A stretch of 64,000 bases of DNA, from the NCBI GenBank assembly GCA_902767135.1, contig CACXGE010000066.1:5313-69312 (forward strand). Reading direction: 5' to 3'. The notes under the pieces are model-generated. The model did no database searches. It was not told where the DNA came from and saw only the letters and a program-made list of their open reading frames with translations. This stretch comes from an uncultured Lachnospiraceae bacterium. Its GTDB lineage: Bacteria; Bacillota; Clostridia; Lachnospirales; Lachnospiraceae. The first letter of the stretch is position 1. Each line of letters opens with the position of its first letter. Shown in pieces: positions 53,019 to 62,722 of the stretch. The position numbers and the translations under genes were made by a program.

Positions 53019-54377
53019 TTATCTTTCCTGCATCTTTAAATAATGCTTAGGTTCTGTGACACTCATATAAGCAGGACGAATAATCTTATCCACATTGACA
53101 AGTTCCTCAATTCTATGGGCACTCCATCCTACAATTCTGGCAATAGCAAACATTGGTGTGTACAACTCCAACGGAATATCCAACATACTGTACACAAAGC
53201 CACTGTAAAAGTCCACATTGGCACTGACACCTTTATAAATGGAACGTTCTTTTGCAATTACCTTCGGTGCAAGCACCTCAACTTTGGAATACAAGTCATA
53301 TTCATCTTCTCGTCCCTTTTCTCTGGAAAGTTGCTCCACAAATGCTCTGAAAATGGTTGCTCTCGGATCAGATATAGAATATACCGCGTGTCCCATTCCA
53401 TAAATCAGTCCCTTCTTATCAAAGGCTTCTTTGTTTAAAAGTTTGCTTAAATATTCTTCAATCTGGTCATCATCTTTCAGATCCTTCACATTTTTCTTTA
53501 AGTCTTCCATCATTTCTACTACTTTAATATTTGCACCGCCATGTTTTGGTCCTTTCAAGGAAGACAAAGCCGCTGCAATGGTAGAGTAGGTATCTGTTCC
53601 TGAGGAAGATACCACATGGGTTGTAAAGGTAGAATTGTTTCCGCCTCCATGTTCCATATGAAGCATAAATGCAATATCCAACACTCTGGCTTCCAGCGCA
53701 GAATATTTCATATCCGGCCGTAACATTCTGATGAAATTCTCCGCCATGGATAAATTTTCATCCGGTCTGTGGATATACAAACTTCCATTGTTCTCATAAT
53801 GATTATAGGCATGGTAACTATATACCGCCAACATTGGAAATACACTGATTAACATCAGACACTGTCCTAATACATTGGGGATGGAAATATCTGATACCGC
53901 ATCATCATAGGATGCCAAGGTCAAGACACTTCTAGAAATAGAATTCATCATATCTTTGCTTGGAGCCTTCATAATAACATCTCTCACAAAGTTTGTGGGC
54001 AAAGTTCTGCTTTTTGCCAATAAATGTTTAAAGGAATCCAACTGTGACATACTTGGCAACTCGCCGAACAACACCAGATAAGCAACCTCTTCATATCCAA
54101 ATCTTTGTTCTTCCACGTCACCTTTTACCAAATCATTGATATTGTATCCTCGATACAATAATTTTCCTTCACAAGGTATTTTTTTTCCATCCACATTGTC
54201 AAACGCCTGAATATGGGATACCTTTGTAAGACCTGCCAATACTCCGGTTCCTGACTTATCTCTAAGACCTCTTTTCACATCGTATATGTCATAAAGTTCC
54301 TGCTCTATTTTGCAATTATTCTCACATATATGAGCCAGTTCCTCTACTTTCTGATTCCAATTACCAAAATCAACCAT
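53019..54377 (-). CDS. Citrate synthase (citrate/2-methylcitrate synthase family)
   Basis: 452 aa with catalytic-site motifs GMGHAVY, HGGGNNST and the overall family pattern. The SD is GGGAGGAA. Confidence 0.92.
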   Translation of the reverse strand: MVDFGNWNQKVEELAHICENNCKIEQELYDIYDVKRGLRDKSGTGVLAGLTKVSHIQAFDNVDGKKIPCEGKLLYRGYNINDLVKGDVEEQRFGYEEVAYLVLFGELPSMSQLDSFKHLLAKSRTLPTNFVRDVIMKAPSKDMMNSISRSVLTLASYDDAVSDISIPNVLGQCLMLISVFPMLAVYSYHAYNHYENNGSLYIHRPDENLSMAENFIRMLRPDMKYSALEARVLDIAFMLHMEHGGGNNSTFTTHVVSSSGTDTYSTIAAALSSLKGPKHGGANIKVVEMMEDLKKNVKDLKDDDQIEEYLSKLLNKEAFDKKGLIYGMGHAVYSISDPRATIFRAFVEQLSREKGREDEYDLYSKVEVLAPKVIAKERSIYKGVSANVDFYSGFVYSMLDIPLELYTPMFAIARIVGWSAHRIEELVNVDKIIRPAYMSVTEPKHYLKMQER

Positions 54378-54424
54378 TCACGTTCCTCCCTTTTCTATCT
54401 TTCCATTCAGTATATTCATAACAG

Positions 54425-54552
54425 TTCAGGCAGGTCTGCGCATTTACTGCGCTGACCGTGCAAAAAGTGCATTTAACAAAAATCGGGCAATTTTGCATGC
54501 GTAAGCATTGCCCGATTACGTAACAGTTTAGCCTATGGCTAAACTGTTACGT
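54425..54552 (+). repeat. Three-hairpin intergenic repeat, copy B
   Basis: Hairpin 1 at 54433-57, hairpin 2 at 54481-517, hairpin 3 at 54518-52. Hairpin 2 is nearly identical to copy A. Hairpin 1 differs from copy A by two compensatory base-pair swaps. Confidence 0.85.
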
Positions 54553-54784
54553 ATATTCATTCACCGCAAAAGATGGATCTGTTCATAATTTGATAACGAC
54601 CATACACTTTAAGTAATACTTACTTTTACTGAATAGTTACCGAATAGTTTACATAATACCAAATTTTTACTTCTTTAGCAAGAAATCAAGACATTTCTTT
54701 ATATTTTTTTAAGAAAAGAAGAAAAAAGGACATGACGATAAGCCATGACCTTCTTCTTTATCCTCTATTTTCGTCCCTGATTTC

Positions 54785-56104
54785 TTATATCTGAACCAAT
54801 ACAAAAATATCATAAATTGCCTTTATAGCCGCATCAAAGTCTTGATTTGACACACCAATGATAATGTTTAACTCGCTAGAACCCTGGTCAATCATCTTCA
54901 CATTGATGTTTGCATGTGCTAACGCTGAGAAGATTCTTCCTGCGGTTCCCCTGCAGGCCTTCATTCCACGTCCCACAACTGCAATCAAGGCCAGGTCTGA
55001 TTCTAAATCAATAGAATCCGGCTGACTCAAACGATGAATCTCTGACAATACAGCCTGTTCTTTTCCTTCAAATTCTGACTGCTGAACAAAAACTGTCATG
55101 GTATCGATACCGGATGGTACATGTTCAAATGAAATGTCATGTTTTTCAAATGCTTCTAATACTTTTCTACCGAACCCAATTTCAGAGTTCATCATATCTT
55201 TTTCAATATTTACTGCAACAAAGCCCTTCTTACCTGCAATACCTGTGATTGTAAACTTTGGCTGACGACATGTACTCTCAACAATCATAGTACCTTCATC
55301 TTCTGGCGCATTTGTATTGCGGATATTGATTGGAATTCCTTCCTTGCGCACTGGGAAGATTGCATCTTCATGAAGTACGGTAGCTCCCATGTAAGAAAGC
55401 TCTCTTAATTCCTTGTATGTGATGGTTGTAATAACCTCCGGCTTGTCAATAATTCTTGGGTCTGCCACCAAAAATCCGGAAACATCTGTCCAGTTTTCGT
55501 AAAGGTCAGCTCTTACCGCCTTTGCTACAATGGAACCGGTGATATCTGAGCCACCTCTTGAGAAAGTCTTAACTGCTCCGCTTTCCTTTGCTCCATAAAA
55601 TCCTGGAATAACGGCACGTTCTACATCCTTTAATCTCTTTGCCAACAGCACATTGGTCTTATCTGCCAGAAATTCTCCTTCTTCGTTAAAGAAGATAACT
55701 TCTGCCGCATCAATAAATTCATATCCTAAATAGTTTGCCATGATTTTTCCATTTAAGAATTCCCCACGGGATGCTGCGTAATCAGAACCAGCACCTTCTG
55801 CAAACTTCTTTTCTATTACTTTGAATTCTTCTTCCAATGAAAGTGATAATCCTAAGCCCTTGATGATTTCATTATATCTTGCTTTAATCTTAGAAAGCTT
55901 ATCACTGAATTTTTTCCCTTCCAAAGCTGTGTTGTAACAGTCGTATAACATATCCGTTACCTTGATATCCTCCGAGAATCGTTTTCCTGGAGCAGAAGGT
56001 ACTACATATTTTCTGCTTTCATCCGCACGAATAATATCTCCAACTTTTTTAAACTGTTCTGCACTTGCAAGCGAACTACCACCAAATTTCACTACTTTGA
56101 TCAT
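54785..56104 (-). CDS. Aspartate kinase
   Basis: 439 aa with KFGGSSLA at the N-terminus, an amino-acid kinase fold and C-terminal ACT repeats. Confidence 0.93.
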   Translation of the reverse strand: MIKVVKFGGSSLASAEQFKKVGDIIRADESRKYVVPSAPGKRFSEDIKVTDMLYDCYNTALEGKKFSDKLSKIKARYNEIIKGLGLSLSLEEEFKVIEKKFAEGAGSDYAASRGEFLNGKIMANYLGYEFIDAAEVIFFNEEGEFLADKTNVLLAKRLKDVERAVIPGFYGAKESGAVKTFSRGGSDITGSIVAKAVRADLYENWTDVSGFLVADPRIIDKPEVITTITYKELRELSYMGATVLHEDAIFPVRKEGIPINIRNTNAPEDEGTMIVESTCRQPKFTITGIAGKKGFVAVNIEKDMMNSEIGFGRKVLEAFEKHDISFEHVPSGIDTMTVFVQQSEFEGKEQAVLSEIHRLSQPDSIDLESDLALIAVVGRGMKACRGTAGRIFSALAHANINVKMIDQGSSELNIIIGVSNQDFDAAIKAIYDIFVLVQI

Positions 56105-56431
56105 TTTGTGTATCCTCCAAATCTAATGAATCACTTTCATTTTGTTTTCCGAACCGCTTTATATTTCACGGTATCGCATCTTTTCTTTTCTGTTTGTCTT
56201 TTTGTCGCGAACAATCATCCGTCTGTCAGCAACGCACATATAACAAAATACACAACTTTTCAGATTTTTTCAAGTAGTTTTTTTATTATTTTTAATTATT
56301 TTTACAAAATTGTTAATTTTATTTTATTTTTTTACATTTCTTCTCCATTTATTATATAAGTTACACAATCATCACTTTAGCTATCCCTCAAAAACACTCC
56401 TCTGGATTTCCGGGGCACACATATCATATAT

Positions 56432-56465
56432 AACAAAAGCAGGGGCGGTATGGATTGCCCCTGCT
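56432..56465 (-). terminator. Rho-independent terminator after metY
   Basis: The minus strand reads AGCAGGGGC-10 nt-GCCCCTGCT followed by TTTTGTT. Confidence 0.8.
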
Positions 56466-56492
56466 CACTTCTTCAATTAACAAGTTTTATAT

Positions 56493-56513
56493 CTGTTCAG
56501 AACTACTGAACTG
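56493..56513 (-). repeat. Palindromic unit spanning the metY stop codon
   Basis: CTGTTCAG-aacta-CTGAACTG. The TAG stop (56503-56505) lies in the loop. It uses the same word family as 52962-52994. Confidence 0.5.
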
Positions 56514-57810
56514 CTTTGAAAGCCTCTTCTAAATCTTCAATAATATCATCAATATTTTCTGTTCCAATGGATAATCTGATGGTATTTGGCTTAATACCCT
56601 GGTCTAACAGTTCTTCTTCCGTGCTCTGACTATGAGTTGTGGTTGCCGGATGGATAACCAGTGATTTTACGTCTGCCACATTAGCCAGCAATGAGAACAG
56701 CTCTAAGTTATCGATAAAGTCCTGTGCTTTTTTTGCATCTCCCTTAATCTCAAAGGTAAAGATAGAACCTCCTCCATTTGGGAAATACTTTTTATATAAT
56801 TCCTGCTGCTTTGGATCTGTAGATACCGCCGGATGATTTACTTTCTCCACCTGTGGATGATTATTTAAGTATTCTACCACCTTCAAAGCGTTAGACACAT
56901 GACGTTCTACTCTTAAGGAAAGAGTTTCCAATCCCTGCAGGAAGAAGAATGCATGGAACGGTGAAAGGGTGGCTCCTGTGTCACGAAGTAAGATAGCACG
57001 AATCTTGGTTACAAAAGCTGCCGGACCTACTGCCTTGGTAAAGCTGATTCCGTGGTAGCTTGGATTTGGCTCTGTGAGAGATTTAAACTTTCCGGATGCC
57101 TCCCAATCGAATCTACCGCTGTCCACAATCACACCACCGATGGTTGTTCCATGTCCCCCGATAAATTTGGTAGCAGAGTGTACTACAATGTCGGCACCAT
57201 ATTCAATTGGTCTTACCAGATATGGTGTGGCAAAAGTATTATCCACAACCAACGGAACCTTGTTTTCATGGGCAATGTTGGCAATGGCTTCAATGTCCAC
57301 CACATCTGAATTTGGGTTTCCTAATGTCTCTATAAAAATTGCTTTTGTATTTTCCTGAATGGCTGCCTTTACTTCTTCCTCATTAAAAATATCTACGAAG
57401 GTAGTCTGGATTCCGTACTGTGGCAGCGTATGCTGTAATAAATTAAAGGAACCACCATAAATATTCTTTGCTGCCACAATATGATCTCCTGCCTGAGCCA
57501 GGTTCTCAATGGTGTAGGTAATTGCCGCTGCACCAGAGGCAACTGCCAAAGCTGCTACACCACCTTCTAAGGCTGCAATTCTCTTTTCAAAAACGTCTTC
57601 CGTTGGATTTGTCAATCGTCCATAAATATTTCCTGCATCTGCCAATCCAAATCTGTCTGCTGCATGCTGACTGTTACGGAAAACGTAAGATGATGTCTGA
57701 TAGATTGGTACCGCCCTTGCGTCTGTCACTGGATCCGGGTTTTCCTGTCCTACGTGTAACTGTAATGTTTCAAATTTTAAATTTCTTTCTGCTCTTGTTT
57801 TCTTACTCAT
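56503..57810 (-). CDS. metY: O-acetylhomoserine sulfhydrylase (aminocarboxypropyltransferase)
   Basis: 435 aa, PLP-dependent Cys/Met metabolism family. FETLQLHVGQ...YQTSSYVF...HSATKFIGGHG includes the PLP lysine motif. Confidence 0.93.
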   Translation of the reverse strand: MSKKTRAERNLKFETLQLHVGQENPDPVTDARAVPIYQTSSYVFRNSQHAADRFGLADAGNIYGRLTNPTEDVFEKRIAALEGGVAALAVASGAAAITYTIENLAQAGDHIVAAKNIYGGSFNLLQHTLPQYGIQTTFVDIFNEEEVKAAIQENTKAIFIETLGNPNSDVVDIEAIANIAHENKVPLVVDNTFATPYLVRPIEYGADIVVHSATKFIGGHGTTIGGVIVDSGRFDWEASGKFKSLTEPNPSYHGISFTKAVGPAAFVTKIRAILLRDTGATLSPFHAFFFLQGLETLSLRVERHVSNALKVVEYLNNHPQVEKVNHPAVSTDPKQQELYKKYFPNGGGSIFTFEIKGDAKKAQDFIDNLELFSLLANVADVKSLVIHPATTTHSQSTEEELLDQGIKPNTIRLSIGTENIDDIIEDLEEAFKAVQ

Positions 57811-57899
57811 TGTTCTATTCTCCTTTTTCTTTTCTGATTCTTACTATATCATTTTCTGTTTTTATCTTTTTATTTCTATCACTGTCCTGTCACAGACTG

Positions 57900-57995
57900 T
57901 CATGCTCTTTCATACGCCTTCATATATTTACAGCAATCCAAACCGCACATGACAGATACTACTGTTACTCTCTCTTTTATTTTCACAACTCTCAT
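57900..57995 (-). CDS. Candidate 31-codon small ORF rich in Cys and Met, upstream of metY
   Basis: AAAGGAG-7 nt-ATG, encoding MRVVKIKERVTVVSVMCGLDCCKYMKAYERA*. It lies 89 nt upstream of metY. Support is only the strong SD, the spacing and the context. Confidence 0.25.
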   Translation of the reverse strand: MRVVKIKERVTVVSVMCGLDCCKYMKAYERA

Positions 57996-58156
57996 AACAT
58001 CACTCCTTTGATTGCCTTGTTCCTTGTTTTATGTTTCTCTTGCTTACAAACATATATTAACACTACTATTCCTACTTGTCTACTAGGTAATTTTTATAGC
58101 TGGTTATAACTTTTTCTTATAGCAACTGTTTTCTTACAGAAATTCCGCAAACTGGA

Positions 58157-58204
58157 ACAAAAAGACATCCTTTTCCCGTACCATAACAGTACAAGAAAAG
58201 GATG
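58157..58204 (-). terminator. Rho-independent terminator after cysK
   Basis: The minus strand reads CATCCTTTTC-19 nt-GAAAAGGATG. The loop itself can pair (GTAC...GTAC). CTTTTTGTT follows. Confidence 0.75.
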
Positions 58205-58216
58205 CCTAAGAACCAG

Positions 58217-59149
58217 CTAAGATACGAACAAAGGAGTGGAATAATATCTATCTCCGTTATCCGGTAGTAAAACTACGATGGTCTTCCCCTTATTTTCCGG
58301 TCTCTTTGCAATTTCAATCCCAGCATGAAGGGCAGCTCCTGAAGATATCCCGACCAAAACGCCCTCCTTCTTCGCCAACAACTTTGCTGTGGTAAATGCG
58401 TCCTCATTTTCCACTGGAAAAATTTCATCATAAATTTCTGTATTTAAAGTATCAGGAACAAATCCTGCTCCAATTCCCTGTATCTTGTGAGCACCGCCAT
58501 GTCCTTGGGACAACACTGGAGAAGAGGCAGGCTCCACAGCCACTACCTTCACATTAGGATTCTTCTCCTTTAAGTATTCTCCAGTACCTGTAATAGTTCC
58601 ACCAGTACCAACACCTGCCACAAAGAAATCTACCTGTCCATCGGTATCTTCCCAGATTTCCGGTCCTGTAGTCTTTTTGTGTGTTGCAGGATTTGCAGGG
58701 TTTTCAAACTGTCCCGGTATGTATGCTCCCTGGATTTCTTTTGCAAGTTCTTCTGCCTTTGCAATGGCTCCTGACATTCCCTTATCTCCCGGTGTCAAAA
58801 CTACTTCTGCTCCATAGGCCTTTAAAATATTTCTTCGTTCCACGCTCATTGTTTCCGGCATAGTCAGGATGACACGGTATCCTTTTGCGGCAGCAATGGC
58901 AGCTAAACCAATTCCTGTATTTCCTGATGTAGGCTCAATGATGACAGAACCTGGCTTTAATTTTCCTTTTTCTTCTGCATCCGCAATCATTTCCTTTGCG
59001 ATTCTATCTTTTACACTGCCAGCCGGATTAAAATACTCAAGTTTCACTAACAGTCTTGCTTCCAAGCCTTTTTCCTTTTCTACATTCACCACCTCTACCA
59101 GTGGTGTCTTTCCAACCAAATCTAAAGTTCCCTGATAAATATTTGCCAT
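58217..59149 (-). CDS. cysK: Cysteine synthase A (O-acetylserine sulfhydrylase)
   Basis: 310 aa with [14 protein letters not shown] (PLP lysine) and [10 protein letters not shown]. The SD is AGGAGG. Confidence 0.96.
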   Translation of the reverse strand: MANIYQGTLDLVGKTPLVEVVNVEKEKGLEARLLVKLEYFNPAGSVKDRIAKEMIADAEEKGKLKPGSVIIEPTSGNTGIGLAAIAAAKGYRVILTMPETMSVERRNILKAYGAEVVLTPGDKGMSGAIAKAEELAKEIQGAYIPGQFENPANPATHKKTTGPEIWEDTDGQVDFFVAGVGTGGTITGTGEYLKEKNPNVKVVAVEPASSPVLSQGHGGAHKIQGIGAGFVPDTLNTEIYDEIFPVENEDAFTTAKLLAKKEGVLVGISSGAALHAGIEIAKRPENKGKTIVVLLPDNGDRYYSTPLFVS

Positions 59150-59193
59150 GATTTTTCCTCCTAAACTTTTATAATTTTTTTGCTGTTAATGGA

Positions 59194-59222
59194 AGTATAT
59201 ACCTTAATTCCTACCTTGTCAA
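59194..59222 (-). promoter_or_regulatory. Candidate sigmaA promoter for cysK
   Basis: The minus strand reads TTGACA-17 nt-TATACT, about 45 nt upstream of the cysK ATG. Confidence 0.5.
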
Positions 59223-59267
59223 TAGGAAAACGGGAGATTATATCAATTCTTGTAACAGTTTTCCCCT

Positions 59268-59295
59268 ACAAAAAAACGGGCATCCCTGCCCGTTT
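59268..59295 (-). terminator. Rho-independent terminator after nagA
   Basis: The minus strand reads AAACGGGCA-gggat? loop-TGCCCGTTT (9-bp stem) followed by TTTTTT, beginning 3 nt after the stop. Confidence 0.85.
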
Positions 59296-59297
59296 CG

Positions 59298-60428
59298 TCA
59301 ATCCCAGTCATTCCGAATCATAACTCCGTCTTTCATAACCATAACTACATTTAAATCTTTATCTATAAAGGTAATATTGGCATGCTTTCCAGCGGAAATA
59401 CTGCCGTACTCTTTGTCAATACCTACTGCTACCGCCGGATTCATAGTTGCCGCCCGAATCGCTGTTTCTAATGGAATGTGAATCTGTTGTACTGCGATTT
59501 TCAAACAATCCATCAAATTTCTAGTAGAGCCTGCCAAGGTTCCATCCTCCATTCTGGCAACAGAATCCGTTACCATCACTTTATGTTCCCCTAAAGTGTA
59601 GTTTCCATCCTCCATGCCCGTGGCACGCATACTGTCACTTACCAGTATCACCCGCTCCGGTCCAAAAATACGAAATGTCATATTGATTACCAGCGGATGT
59701 ATGTGAAACTCATCACAGATTAGCTCTGCCATACAATCAGAATTTTCCCAGGCTGCTCCTATAATTCCAGGTTCCCTGTGATTAAAAGGCACCATCCCAT
59801 TAAAAAAATGGGTCAATTGGGTAGCTCCTGCGGCAAACGCCTTGGTAGACACTTCATAATTTGCTGATGTATGGGCAATGGAGATACGATACTTCTCTTT
59901 TCCCTTCTCAATAAAATCTATTGCCCCTTCTAACTCCGGTGCCACCGTTACAATTTTGATTTTCCCTTTTGCATATCTTTGCATTTTCCCCACAAGAGAA
60001 ATATCCGGCAACCTTAAATTTTCTTCTTTATGGACCCCTTTTTTTTCCTTTGACATAAACGGACCTTCCATGTAAATTCCTGCCACATCCGCAGCCTTTA
60101 CGGAATTTTTGTAGGCGCCTAACGTCTGAAAGGTTTTCACCATATCCTCCTGGTTCTGGGACATTGTGGTAGGCAGAATGGTTGTGATTCCCTGCATAGC
60201 TTCATATTCTGCAATTTTTTTATTTGCCTCTGCCTCTCCATCACTGAAGTCAAAACCTTTTGCTCCATGAAGATGGATGTCAATCAACCCGGGAATCGCA
60301 TACAAATCATCTGCATAACAAATCACATCCTGATTTGCTTTCTCCACAAATATTCCATTTTCTACATGAATGTCCATATCTTCAAAGCAAAAATTCTCTG
60401 TGTACACCTTGGCATTTTTAATAACCAT
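59298..60428 (-). CDS. nagA: N-acetylglucosamine-6-phosphate deacetylase
   Basis: 376 aa amidohydrolase with IPGLIDIHLHG and the HxFN motif (LTHFFNGM). Confidence 0.9.
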   Translation of the reverse strand: MVIKNAKVYTENFCFEDMDIHVENGIFVEKANQDVICYADDLYAIPGLIDIHLHGAKGFDFSDGEAEANKKIAEYEAMQGITTILPTTMSQNQEDMVKTFQTLGAYKNSVKAADVAGIYMEGPFMSKEKKGVHKEENLRLPDISLVGKMQRYAKGKIKIVTVAPELEGAIDFIEKGKEKYRISIAHTSANYEVSTKAFAAGATQLTHFFNGMVPFNHREPGIIGAAWENSDCMAELICDEFHIHPLVINMTFRIFGPERVILVSDSMRATGMEDGNYTLGEHKVMVTDSVARMEDGTLAGSTRNLMDCLKIAVQQIHIPLETAIRAATMNPAVAVGIDKEYGSISAGKHANITFIDKDLNVVMVMKDGVMIRNDWD

Positions 60429-60469
60429 GTAATCTCCTCTTTCTATGCACGCTTAACCTTAAGCGGTGG

Positions 60470-61681
60470 TTACAGGATAGGACGGATTAACTTTGGTCTG
60501 TAGTTTTCCTTTTCTAATGCGTCCATAATCTGTTTCTTATGTTCTGTTCCAAACGCTTCCATGGTAATACGAAGTTCCACTGCTGCATTACGGTTTGTAC
60601 TTACAAACTGATTGTGCTCTAACTTAATTACATTTCCCTGTAAATCAGCAATTACCTGGCTAACCTTTGTAAGCATTCCCGGCTTGTCCGGCAAAAGAAC
60701 AGAAACAGTAAAAATTCTGTCTCTTGCAATCAATCCATGCTGTACAATGGATGACATGGTAATCACGTCCATATTTCCACCACTTAAGATGGATACAATC
60801 TTCTTGTCCTTTACATCCAACTGCTTTAATGCCGCCACAGTAAGCAAACCTGAGTTTTCTACAATCATCTTGTGATTTTCTACCATATCCAAAAAGGCAA
60901 CAATCAACTCACTGTCCTCTACAGTAATAATCTCATCTATATTTTTCTGAATGTATGGAAAAATATTGCTTCCCGGAGTTTTCACTGCAGTACCGTCAGC
61001 AATGGTGTTTACCCCTGGCAATGTAACTACCTTTCCCTGTTTTAAGGATTCCTGCATACAGTTGGCTCCTGCCGGTTCCACACCGATGACCTTGATATTA
61101 GGATTCAGCATCTTCGCCAGAGTAGACACACCTGTTGCCAACCCGCCTCCACCGATAGGTACCAGGATATAATCAACTAATGGCAATTCTTTAAAAATCT
61201 CCATAGCGATGGTTCCCTGACCTGTGGCCACGGCCAAATCATCAAAAGGATGAATAAAGGTATATCCATTCTTCTCTGCTAACTCATAGGCATACGCACA
61301 AGCTTCATCATACACATCTCCGTATAACACCACTTCTGCACCATAGCTTTTTGTTCTGTTTACTTTAATCAAAGGAGTAGTGGTTGGCATAACAATGGTA
61401 GCCTTGCAGCCGTATGCTTTTGCCGCATACGCCACACCCTGGGCGTGATTTCCTGCGGACGCAGTAATCAGTCCTTTGCTTCTCTCTTCATCTGTCAGGG
61501 TACTGATCTTATAATAAGCTCCTCTCAGCTTATATGCACCTGTCAACTGCATATTTTCAGGTTTCAGGTACACCTTATTTCCTGTCTGCTGGCTGAAATA
61601 GTCACTGTATACCAGTTTTGTTTCCAGTGTAACCTGTTTTACAATCTCAGATGCTTCCTCAAATTTTTCCAATGTTAACAT
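60470..61681 (-). CDS. ilvA: Threonine ammonia-lyase (threonine dehydratase)
   Basis: 403 aa with the PLP motif TGAYKLRGA, SAGNHAQGVA, and a single C-terminal ACT-like regulatory domain. Confidence 0.92.
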   Translation of the reverse strand: MLTLEKFEEASEIVKQVTLETKLVYSDYFSQQTGNKVYLKPENMQLTGAYKLRGAYYKISTLTDEERSKGLITASAGNHAQGVAYAAKAYGCKATIVMPTTTPLIKVNRTKSYGAEVVLYGDVYDEACAYAYELAEKNGYTFIHPFDDLAVATGQGTIAMEIFKELPLVDYILVPIGGGGLATGVSTLAKMLNPNIKVIGVEPAGANCMQESLKQGKVVTLPGVNTIADGTAVKTPGSNIFPYIQKNIDEIITVEDSELIVAFLDMVENHKMIVENSGLLTVAALKQLDVKDKKIVSILSGGNMDVITMSSIVQHGLIARDRIFTVSVLLPDKPGMLTKVSQVIADLQGNVIKLEHNQFVSTNRNAAVELRITMEAFGTEHKKQIMDALEKENYRPKLIRPIL

Positions 61682-61758
61682 ATTCTCGTCTTCTTTCTTT
61701 TTATTTTTCGCTACACCTCTGCCAATGGCACAGGCTGAACTTTCACTTTTTTTATTTG

Positions 61759-62697
61759 CTAATTTTGTCGGTTTTCCTCTTCCACTTCTCGGTTGAAAAG
61801 CGCATCCACAAACTGGTCTGAGTTAAATTTTTGCAAATCGTCGATGTGTTCTCCTACTCCAATATACTTTACCGGAATATTCAACTCTTTCTGAATGGCA
61901 ACTGCAATGCCTCCCTTGGCAGTACCATCAAGCTTTGTCAGCACAATACCGGTAATATTTGTAACCTCTGCAAACTCTCTTGCCTGAACCAGTGCATTTT
62001 GCCCTGTGGTTCCATCCAATACTACCAATGTTTCCATATAAGCCTCTGGATATTCCTTCTCTATGATACGGTTTATTTTCCGAAGTTCTTCCATAAGATT
62101 TTTCTTATTGTGAAGTCTTCCTGCGGTGTCACACAAAAGCACATCTGCATGCTTTGCCTTCGCAGACTGCACTGCATCATAGACAACCGCCGCCGGGTCT
62201 GACCCTTCCTGACCGCCAATCAAATCTACTCCTGCACGGTTTGCCCACTCGGTAAGCTGTTCCCCCGCTGCTGCGCGGAAGGTATCCGCCGCTGCCAGGA
62301 CAACTTTTTTATTCTGTTCTTTTAGTTTCCCTGCCAGCTTCCCAATGGTTGTAGTTTTACCCACACCATTTACGCCCACAACCAACACAACCGACTGACG
62401 TTTTTCGAACTCATAAGCAGTTTCTTCTACGTGCATCTGTTCTTTGATACTGTCAATCAGTAATTGTTTACATTCCGATGGCTGCTTAATGTGCTGTTCC
62501 TTCACCTTCTTTTTCAAATCTTCAATGATTGCAGATGTGGCATTGATTCCTAAATCTCCCATGACCAGAATCTCTTCAATTTCTTCGTAAAAATCCTCAT
62601 CTATTTCCGAGGCACCGTTAAAAATCGCATCCACCCCTGCCACAATATTATCTCTTGTCTTTGTTAAACCCTCTTTTAGTCTGCTAAAAAATCCCAT
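61759..62697 (-). CDS. ftsY: Signal recognition particle receptor FtsY
   Basis: MGFFSRLKEGL... is the typical FtsY start. GTPase motifs GVNGVGKTTT, DTAGR and TKLD are present. ATG 62697 follows AGAGGTGAA; the track start at 62730 would overlap the smc stop. Confidence 0.94.
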   Translation of the reverse strand: MGFFSRLKEGLTKTRDNIVAGVDAIFNGASEIDEDFYEEIEEILVMGDLGINATSAIIEDLKKKVKEQHIKQPSECKQLLIDSIKEQMHVEETAYEFEKRQSVVLVVGVNGVGKTTTIGKLAGKLKEQNKKVVLAAADTFRAAAGEQLTEWANRAGVDLIGGQEGSDPAAVVYDAVQSAKAKHADVLLCDTAGRLHNKKNLMEELRKINRIIEKEYPEAYMETLVVLDGTTGQNALVQAREFAEVTNITGIVLTKLDGTAKGGIAVAIQKELNIPVKYIGVGEHIDDLQKFNSDQFVDALFNREVEEENRQN

Positions 62698-62722
62698 TGC
62701 TTCACCTCTATTTTCAATCCTT

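Noticed and set aside
56105-56431. A lysine riboswitch (L-box) in the ~400-nt leader of aspartate kinase.
   Set aside because: The leader is extremely AT-rich with long A/T runs and lacks recognisable L-box helices. I cannot support any RNA element there from sequence alone.
57811-58216. An S-box (SAM-I) riboswitch or a Met/Cys T-box in the metY leader.
   Set aside because: I found no S-box core (…GAGGGA…GCCC…GCAACC…) and no T-box sequence (AGGGTGGTACCGCG-like) on the sense strand by eye.
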